DNA from: Iphione sp. A-MEVVRFRX5
Taxonomy: Eukaryota
Assembly: GCA_976226885.1 (NCBI GenBank)
Contig: OZ320321.1
Location: 15,748,001-15,812,000, forward strand
Direction of reading: 5' to 3'
Length of the DNA: 64,000 bases
The translations under genes and the position numbers were made by a program. Position 1 is the first letter of the stretch. Every line of letters starts with the position of its first letter. Under the pieces are notes generated by a model. That model did not search any database. It saw nothing but the letters and a program-made list of their open reading frames with translations, and was not told where the DNA came from. Shown here piece by piece: positions 9,909-17,800 of this stretch.

Positions 9909-11274
9909 TACGTGCTAAGTCAATGTTCATAAGAGCTGGAAATGCCCCAAATATCACAGCAACACACGACTCTGGAAGTCCAGAAGCAAACTTGACTGTC
10001 AAACGAGTATTTCCTTTTCGAAGAGGGGACAACAGCTCTCGCTCTCGACACTTGTCTAAATCAAAGAGAAAGAGTGTATATCCATTGACATAGTCATCCT
10101 CTGTGATGTCTGGCAATTGTCGTTGATTCCATGTGGGGAACGAATCAAATAATGCAACATATGGTGTTGCTATTTTCCTAGTACCAAAATCAGGTTGAAA
10201 AGGACGACCAGGTTTTGACTCACCATCAACTTCGAATGCAATATAGTTGGCGTTAAAATGACGAAAATAATAAGGATTCTTCTGAGGGTGGCCAGAGTAA
10301 GCAGATGCTTCAACTAATCCCATTACAATTCTAAGAGGAACACGGTCTTGAAAAATATTTTCAACCACAAACTCGAAACTATTTGAAGAAAGTGTAAATG
10401 AACGGTAATCACTCCTTATGAAAGGGTATAAGGCTGGTGATTTTTCTAATTGAGTGCGATGACGTAGAATAAGTCCTTCATGAATACGAGCAAATGTAAC
10501 AAGTAAAACAGCACGCACCAATTTCAAGTGATAAGTCCTAGATGTACGAGTAGGAGGGGCAGGGGTAGGAGGAGAAGTGCCCCCTTCTTTGTCTCCACCT
10601 TCACCAGCAGTAGTTGCACCCGAAGTTGACAAAGGAGGGTACATGAGACGAAAAACATCTGTTGCTGGATACAGTTTGACATTAATGGGGACACCGTTGA
10701 GAATGGGTCTCTGCTGATCACTAATTCCGGAAAAGAGACGAGTCATCAATCGTGCCACTCCTCCACCAGCAGTTTTAGCAGAACGCTTTCCTACTGCGGA
10801 ATTCCGTATAGGGTCATCCATAAACAAATTGTCGTCTTTAGCAAAACCACAAATTTTCATCCACCCCATCTCATCAGACAGTCCAGCATGTAGTAGGGTA
10901 TCAAACATTACTTTATATGGATATAGACCTCCGACACCGGTATTCATGACGGTATGCTGAAGCGATAACTCCATGCGCTGAAACATAGTTGATGCTCCCA
11001 TATTGATGAAGCCCACTTTATCCACCGATCCAATTGGTGTTTTATCCTCTTTTAAAATTTGTAAATCAACCCGCATACGAGTCTTGTGTAGTATAATATA
11101 ATCAAGTGAATCATTGGGTATATTGAATTCCACAACACTATCTCCTGTCACATCCCCGATGGGAAGAAACTCTTTAACATAGAATTCTCTAATACCACTC
11201 TGAGTAGGTGGAACTTGAAACAAGTCGAGGTCAAGCCCGAATCCATCATCAGAATCTTGAAGGACGTGTGTCAT
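9889..11274 (-). CDS. MCP: Major capsid protein (double jelly-roll, Polinton PY/hexon)
   Basis: 461 aa; LDLF..PPTQ..I, VEFNIP...DYI.L, NPY.F.HF, F..DG...P, GYTLF.FDL motifs typical of Polinton MCP; located between the protease and core genes. Confidence 0.93.
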   Translation of the reverse strand: MTHVLQDSDDGFGLDLDLFQVPPTQSGIREFYVKEFLPIGDVTGDSVVEFNIPNDSLDYIILHKTRMRVDLQILKEDKTPIGSVDKVGFINMGASTMFQRMELSLQHTVMNTGVGGLYPYKVMFDTLLHAGLSDEMGWMKICGFAKDDNLFMDDPIRNSAVGKRSAKTAGGGVARLMTRLFSGISDQQRPILNGVPINVKLYPATDVFRLMYPPLSTSGATTAGEGGDKEGGTSPPTPAPPTRTSRTYHLKLVRAVLLVTFARIHEGLILRHRTQLEKSPALYPFIRSDYRSFTLSSNSFEFVVENIFQDRVPLRIVMGLVEASAYSGHPQKNPYYFRHFNANYIAFEVDGESKPGRPFQPDFGTRKIATPYVALFDSFPTWNQRQLPDITEDDYVNGYTLFLFDLDKCRERELLSPLRKGNTRLTVKFASGLPESCVAVIFGAFPALMNIDLARNVTVTT

Positions 11275-11279
11275 ATTTA

Positions 11280-11666
11280 CTAATAGCGCCGAAACTTTCG
11301 TGGCTTTGTAGTTGTTTTCCTCACTGTCTTTTTCTTCTTTGTCTTCTTATTATTTTCTTTCTTCTTCTGTTTTGTAGTGTTGTTTTTTTTCCTCCTTTTT
11401 ATTGGGCGAGCGTTTGAGGTCGACGCTGACTTTGATGGACGTTTCCGAATAGTGGGGGCTCTGCGAACTCCACTACTAATACTAATGGTGGCATTGGGTG
11501 ATGGAGATGGAGACACGTTTTTAGTGAGGTTGGCCTTGGCTCGTTCCACTGATTGCTCAGTAGGTGTCACTAGTTTCAAGGGAGGACCACGTCCCACATA
11601 GTGAGAACGTTTACGCGCTGTGTGAGTAAAAGCATCTGTGCGAGGAACGTAAGGCACGTAGTTCAT
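11280..11666 (-). CDS. Small highly basic protein, putative virion core/DNA-condensing protein
   Basis: 128 aa, Lys/Arg-rich C-half; VTPTEQSVERAK motif; sits between mCP and MCP. Function is inferred. Confidence 0.7.
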   Translation of the reverse strand: MNYVPYVPRTDAFTHTARKRSHYVGRGPPLKLVTPTEQSVERAKANLTKNVSPSPSPNATISISSGVRRAPTIRKRPSKSASTSNARPIKRRKKNNTTKQKKKENNKKTKKKKTVRKTTTKPRKFRRY

Positions 11667-12106
11667 CCCAACCTAGATCGTGAACTTGATGGTCTCAAAT
11701 GAAGCACAACACGTCTGATATGTGGAGTCTCTTCTTCGTTACTGGCGGAGATAATGGAGCTGTTATCATCAGACAGAGCGACGCAGTAGACCCTAAAGCA
11801 TTTAATCCGACTTGTTCCTACTGGCATATACCAGGGATTTTTAAATTCCACAGAAGACAGACAAATCACTTGTAACACTGGTCGTAATTCATTAGCAAGC
11901 ATATAGTTGCCTTCAACCAAATCAGAACAAAGGACAACATCGCGGTTATTTCGTAGGCGAGTAGAAAAATATGCCTCCACCACAGCACATTCCCACTCAC
12001 CAACTAAATCAATTGGGCGTCCAAGTTCAACCACAAAATCATTAGGTGTGTTGTTTGGATGAGTGGCCTTACTCATTAAAGGTGTAGCAAGTAGATAGAC
12101 ATCCAT
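11663..12106 (-). CDS. mCP: Minor capsid protein (penton, single jelly-roll, PX), short form
   Basis: HPNNTPNDFVVELGRPIDLVGEWECAVVE, VLCSDLVE, LRPVL, F.NPWYMPV motifs of Polinton mCP. Confidence 0.88.
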   Translation of the reverse strand: MDVYLLATPLMSKATHPNNTPNDFVVELGRPIDLVGEWECAVVEAYFSTRLRNNRDVVLCSDLVEGNYMLANELRPVLQVICLSSVEFKNPWYMPVGTSRIKCFRVYCVALSDDNSSIISASNEEETPHIRRVVLHLRPSSSRSRLG

Positions 12107-12113
12107 CTCTCAG

Positions 12114-13232
12114 TCAGTTAGAGGGTGTACCAATTTTTTGCAACTCGTCTGCGCTAATCCATGAGTCATAGTGAACAGGCCACCCAAGCCAACGTACAAC
12201 ATATCCACTGATACCGCCCAGCTTTTTCTTGCGTAATACCTTCTCAATTTTGTACTGAGTTTTATCATTCACATGAACCTTAATTAACTCCTCTTCGTAA
12301 AATCGTCCATCTATTTCCTCATTATTCCAGGATTTAATACTATACTGTGCCACACCATGTCGTCGTGTACGCCCAATAATAACAAAAAGTTCATGTGTCC
12401 ATTGTTCGTCATAAGCTCGAGTAAAAGGTTGTCGAAAACGAGCCAAACGAACCACATCACCCACTTCAAAACGATAGGGTTTGTAAGTACTGCTGCTATT
12501 TTTGGTGTGAGAATATTGTCTATTCCACAGTTCAACTTTGTCTATATCATCTGAAGTGGCCAAGGCAGGAGTTGTTCCAATTGATCGATGATGACGATGG
12601 TTATAAGCATCAGTAAAAGAACTTAGTTGATCAACCCAAACATGCGTCTGATGGTGATACATGTGGCGCATTAAACGTGTTTTAAGTGTTTTAATAAATC
12701 TCTCAGCGTAATTGGCTTTAACTTCATTCCTAGTAACAACATGTTTAACATCCATCTGTTTTAAATAACGTTCCATCCATCGATTGTTAAATTCGCTTCC
12801 ACCATCTGTTCTTAACACCCGACACACATGTCCATCTTCTTCATTCTCCATCACCGATCGAAGGGCAGTTAGAGTTTCTTTGGCTTTTAAACTCTTTAAA
12901 GGTCTGCTCCATGCGTAACGAGTGAAGATATCAATAACAACTAAGAAATGTCCTATACCATTGTTTGAAGAACGCCAAGCAGTCATGTTAGCAGTATCTG
13001 CATCGAATTGATCAAATTTATCTGAGACCACAACCCGTGGTCGCTTCACAGTTCGAGTGGTGTGAGATGGAGCAAATAGGGTGTAAGTCTCTTGACCATG
13101 TAACCATTCTTTAATCTGTTGTAAGGTGTATGGTCGTCCTGCCATCCTAGTATGATGGTACAACTCTCTAGCACCTCCAAATGCAGCAGGATGATGGGGA
13201 TCATAATAAATTTTACTCAAATACTTGTCCAT
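12114..13232 (-). CDS. INT: Retroviral-like (rve, DDE) integrase with C-terminal chromodomain
   Basis: DADTA..., LVVIDIFTRYAW, LRTDGGSEF, ANYAERFIKTLK, YNHRHHRSIGTTP; chromodomain YKIEKVL...VRWLGW..YDSWI. Confidence 0.97.
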   Translation of the reverse strand: MDKYLSKIYYDPHHPAAFGGARELYHHTRMAGRPYTLQQIKEWLHGQETYTLFAPSHTTRTVKRPRVVVSDKFDQFDADTANMTAWRSSNNGIGHFLVVIDIFTRYAWSRPLKSLKAKETLTALRSVMENEEDGHVCRVLRTDGGSEFNNRWMERYLKQMDVKHVVTRNEVKANYAERFIKTLKTRLMRHMYHHQTHVWVDQLSSFTDAYNHRHHRSIGTTPALATSDDIDKVELWNRQYSHTKNSSSTYKPYRFEVGDVVRLARFRQPFTRAYDEQWTHELFVIIGRTRRHGVAQYSIKSWNNEEIDGRFYEEELIKVHVNDKTQYKIEKVLRKKKLGGISGYVVRWLGWPVHYDSWISADELQKIGTPSN

Positions 13233-13600
13233 CCCTCAGTCCAATCAAGTTTCCGTTTTTCTCTCCCTCTCTCTCCAATCGGTATGCCGGGTGGTGGTGG
13301 TGGTGGTGGTGGTGGTGGTGGTGGTGGTGGTGGTGAGATTTGATCCACTTCTTGAGAAGGACGTTGTACCCGCCCTTGCCGCTTCCGCTTCACATTAATG
13401 GTTTTCCGCACCACCTTTCCCCCACCCCGCTGTTGTTGTCCTGACGGTGGAGGGATTGCTTTAATATCACCTCCATACTGTCCCACTTTTATGACCTCTG
13501 ACAGTGGTGTTATTTTTTCTTCTTCCACAAACGTGGGTTTAAAAGAACGTTGTATCAATGACTGATATCGCTCATGCGGTATACAGACTAATTTCCTCAT
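13217..13600 (-). CDS. Small Maverick ORF with poly-Pro tract, unknown function
   Basis: 127 aa; MRKLVCIPHERYQSL N-terminus; overlaps both neighbours; poly-Pro encoded by a (GGT)n run at about 13290-13335. Confidence 0.65.
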   Translation of the reverse strand: MRKLVCIPHERYQSLIQRSFKPTFVEEEKITPLSEVIKVGQYGGDIKAIPPPSGQQQRGGGKVVRKTINVKRKRQGRVQRPSQEVDQISPPPPPPPPPPPPPPPGIPIGERGREKRKLDWTEGWTSI

Positions 13601-14094
13601 GATGGTGTAATCAGATTATCATCATCATCACATCCATCCCCTTCTTCTCTTTCGTCTTCTTCTTCTTCTTCTTCTTCTTCTTTGTCCTCCTCTTCTTCAC
13701 TCACTTTCTCTTTTGGAGATGATAATAGTGGAGGAGTATATATTGGTGAATCTTCCGTCAACCTCCACAACTCGAGCTCAACTGATCTAAATAAATGAAG
13801 TAGTTGCCGATAATATCTGCTAACAAGCGCCGCCCTAGATCTATATGATAACTTGCGATTTGCTAGTTTTGAGAGTAGCCCCCGTCGCTTCTCAGCATAC
13901 TTTTTTACTTCTTCTTTTACTGGCAACAGCAATATATTATGAACAATCTCTGCAAGCGCTTCTATCTGTCCTGGTGTTGCTGTATCAAATAATGCTTCAA
14001 CTTGCTTGCGACTAGGGCTAGCCAAGATGAGACGAATAAAATTGGAATGTTTCTTTAATAAGAAACTTGTCATTCTATTTTTTGTACCAAACAA
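13597..14094 (-). CDS. Small helical Maverick protein with acidic tail, unknown function
   Basis: 165 aa; ATPGQIEALAEIVHNILL..LLSKLA motif of the kind I recall next to Polinton ATPases; start/stop overlaps with flanking genes. Confidence 0.7.
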   Translation of the reverse strand: MFGTKNRMTSFLLKKHSNFIRLILASPSRKQVEALFDTATPGQIEALAEIVHNILLLPVKEEVKKYAEKRRGLLSKLANRKLSYRSRAALVSRYYRQLLHLFRSVELELWRLTEDSPIYTPPLLSSPKEKVSEEEEDKEEEEEEEEDEREEGDGCDDDDNLITPS

Positions 14095-14707
14095 GCGGCT
14101 GTTCTTCTCCCGGAAAGATGTGACTAATCAACTTTACATCCGTGAAGTTGTGAGGATGTAAATCTATCACTAGATATCCATATGGCTCTTTAGTTGCATC
14201 TTCGTAAGCTGCCTTTACTTCCACCATTCCAAGTTGACTACTGAGTCGACTGATTTGGTGAACGTCCCGCGGATTCCTAAATAGTACCAGGTATTGCGAA
14301 TTCAGAGCAATGGACTTTGCACATTTGCCTTGACAGAATGGATTCTGAATAAGATTAATAACTGTTATACGATCTTGGTGTGATCCTCGAGTGAATAAAT
14401 CCCGAACTTTTTCATTCTGCACAACGTCGTCCATTAAATCATCTATTATCAGTAATGTACCTTTAGGATGTTTTACATTGTCCACATTGACTCCTTCACG
14501 AAATTCGACTTCCCCCATCAACTCTTCAAAAATAGATTGCCACACACCATAGCAATAAATTATCCTTTCCGGAATAGGAGGTTGAAACATCTGTTGTCTG
14601 TTTTTTATGAGACGTCTGACAAAATATGTTTTTCCGGAAGACATAGCCCCGCTCACCATGATTGTTGATGGAGTAGCGAACGTATATTCCGGTATCTCAA
14701 TCTCCAT
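14075..14707 (-). CDS. ATP: A32/FtsK-like DNA packaging ATPase
   Basis: Walker A GAMSSGKT, Walker B LLIIDDLM, RGSH, LIQN, R..ALNSQYLVLFRNPRD. Confidence 0.96.
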   Translation of the reverse strand: MEIEIPEYTFATPSTIMVSGAMSSGKTYFVRRLIKNRQQMFQPPIPERIIYCYGVWQSIFEELMGEVEFREGVNVDNVKHPKGTLLIIDDLMDDVVQNEKVRDLFTRGSHQDRITVINLIQNPFCQGKCAKSIALNSQYLVLFRNPRDVHQISRLSSQLGMVEVKAAYEDATKEPYGYLVIDLHPHNFTDVKLISHIFPGEEQPLVWYKK

Positions 14708-14756
14708 TTTTTAGTAAGTCCATGTAAGTGAACAAGTAGACGTGAAGATATTACCA

Positions 14757-14798
14757 GAGAGGAGAGAGAGAGAGAGTGAGAGAGAGAGAGAGAGAGAG
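14757..14798. repeat. (GA)n microsatellite between pPolB and ATPase
   Basis: Visible GA run. Confidence 0.9.
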
Positions 14799-14812
14799 CA
14801 ATTATCTCCTTT

Positions 14813-17800
14813 CTAATCCATCTCACATCTGATATCATCCCATATCTCTCCTAATCTATTTCTCCCCCGGAACTCTTCTGGTGATGATATCATCACCATT
14901 GACTCATCCATCCCAACCCCCCAATACTTGTCTTTATTAGCATATACAATGAGGTTGGTATGATTTAAGGCTGATGTCACAATATTCCCAAGTGCTCTTG
15001 CTTTTATTCGACTAACTTCTTTCATCACGTTGAAACGGACGCTGTCTCTCCATTCCTTTTCTTTCTTTATCATATTGGCATACATTGTGTATTCTGTCCT
15101 ATTCGTAGTTGATTTAATTGCTCGTCCTATTTCTTCTTCTTTGTGGTACTCCGCCATCCGATAAAGGAAGAGATGCTCTGCGGACACAAACCTGTCCCCC
15201 ATGTCACATTGGTAAAGAGGACTCAGAACATGCCAGGGATGACTGAATATGTAATAATCCCCCACTCCATTCTCCCATGGACACAGTGTTAATTGGAGTG
15301 GTGATGTGTGTACCCCATCATCATGAACTCTTCTTTTTGCATAAAAGTATGTGAACCCTTCTCGAGCCAATTCATATGTACACACCGTTCCCATCCATAC
15401 CCTAAAGCCAACATTCCGTCCTCCCTTACTTTGACGAGTCTGTAGTACACTTTCATATGTGTCTATCGGATCCACAACATAAGCTTTTGACACCCCCTTA
15501 CAACTCATTTTTATGGTAGTAGGGGATGTTTCTCTACTAGTCAGAACATAAGTCTTACTAGTCAAAGCAATGATTTTATCACCCTTGGCTTCTTCTTTCA
15601 TTATGCCGGGCACGCGTCGATCAAAACTGTTATGATGTGAACAACATTCTCTCATGAACCAACAAGGGTGTTTATTGTCATCACAGTTATCCATGATATC
15701 TTCTCGATATTTTCGTCGTCCTTCTTCCGTCATAGCCCCAACAATTGAAGTACTAGCCAATGCTATATAAGCACTGTCTGTGTCCATTGTCACATACTCA
15801 AATTGTGATCGTTCCATCAGCTTATCAATGCAATCATAATAAAATGATAGCATGACCATCTTGGCATACTGAAGGATCGAAAACCCCACGTAGACAGGCA
15901 TATCTAATGTTATACGGTTTTTGGCCATTTCCACTTCATACATCCCATTAAGCTCCGTCATAGCTCTGAATCGAGGAGAATTCACCGCTGCTGCTGTTTG
16001 GTTTGGGGTTGTAAAGTACTTCACCGCATGCTGCTTTTCTTTTTGCATGATAATGCCTCCGTACGCAGAATTCTCGATCAACTTCATTGTATCACCAATA
16101 ATAGCCATATCTGGATCACAGTCTCCTCTTCTTCTCGCCTCTGTTACATCATCAACGAACGACTTGAAACATTCCCTAGGAATGAACTCAATTACTTGAT
16201 GAACTTTGGTGACGACAAGACCATGTTCTAGGTACCATTTCAACAAAGGTGACATTATTAGCGTTTTTCTCGCACTCATTCCTCCAATCAATAATCTTCT
16301 CGGTCTCTTGGAAAGGTGTTGTTCTGTTACATATTGCCTCATATGTTCTCCAATATCCTCAAAGTTGACGGTAGTATTTCCAAATAGAGGACACATCTCC
16401 CCGAAGTATGCTGAAGGAGTTACACTACGTTCTTTTCCTTTTGGCCAGCTATTTGGAACATGTATATCTACTTCTAGCGCACCAAAGAACAAATCAGCAC
16501 ATACTCCTTCTAAGATCTTTTCTTCTGTCACTTTCCCCCTATGTATCCTGCTAAAAGTCAGAGTAAATTGTTCTGCATGATTTCTTAGTTTACTATTTAC
16601 TACAAGCATGGAAGAGAATTTACATTCTTCCATCGCCACTAAAGTATAGCCTTGCTGCTCAATGAACTTCTTCCTAATTGCTGTACGTATTTCTCGTCTC
16701 TTTCGCTCTTTTTCATTTGTCTTCCCCTTCATACATTCATGCCCATGAAAGTAACATCCGTTAAATTCAAATACCAACTTCAGCGGCAATGCAATACCAT
16801 CTACTCGATATGGTCCAATCCAAACTTCACCCTCATACCTGTTATGAGCGTGAGCAATATGGATGCCTCGTGCTTTCGCTTCCCACTCCATCCAAATCAC
16901 ACTTGTGGTACCCAATGGAATTTTCTCTCTCTTGAAGCCAGTCTGAACCCTACGTCTAACATATGTACCTGTCGCATGTTTCTTCCCAATACAGCTCAGG
17001 TACAATGAATTAGCGTCAAGTCCCAGAATTGACTGACATTTATTTGGGGAATCTCTGATGAATGTCACATCTTTTTCATGAGCCCTTGTGAAAACAATAG
17101 CTGGTCCTCCGACTATATTCTTCCTAAATATCTGATATATATCTTCTTCCGATGCTCCAAATGTTGGAAATCTAGCACCATTGCTCAAAGCAGATTGAAA
17201 TAATAATCTTCTCGCAACACCAGGGGCAGAAACAGCTATTTTAAAAACGTCCATACCCCTATCAAAATAAAATTGTTGCAGTCGAATCACTCCTTCTACA
17301 AAGGGCCCAACATCCAATTTATTATAATATATTAAAAGATCCCGTAATGTCTGCATTCCTTCTCTCTCCCACGTTTTCTCCAAATCTTCGTATTCTTCTC
17401 TAGAAATATTGGTTCCCCTTAATGAGGAGTAAAATGCTTCATGATCCGGTAATTGTGATTCTGATAATCTTTCAGGTCCATCTAGGTATTCGTAACAGAA
17501 AACACCCTTTCCAACTTCTACGCCATACGCCTTTAGAAACTTGGCGTAAGAAACACCCGGAGTTAAATACTGTGCCACATCCAGAAACTTCAGCTCTCCA
17601 TTGTCAACTGATATATATGTGTTATTTCTTTTAATGACGAAGAGTTCATTTTTTTCTTTTTTTAGTCGGCTGAGCAAGACCCCCTTCATTACATTCATGT
17701 CATACTTTCCTGAATTGAACCCCAAAACAGGTAAAGTATTGACATACTGCATGAACCTTTCTGTTACTCTTTTCAGACGCTTCATCATTTGTGTATGTGG

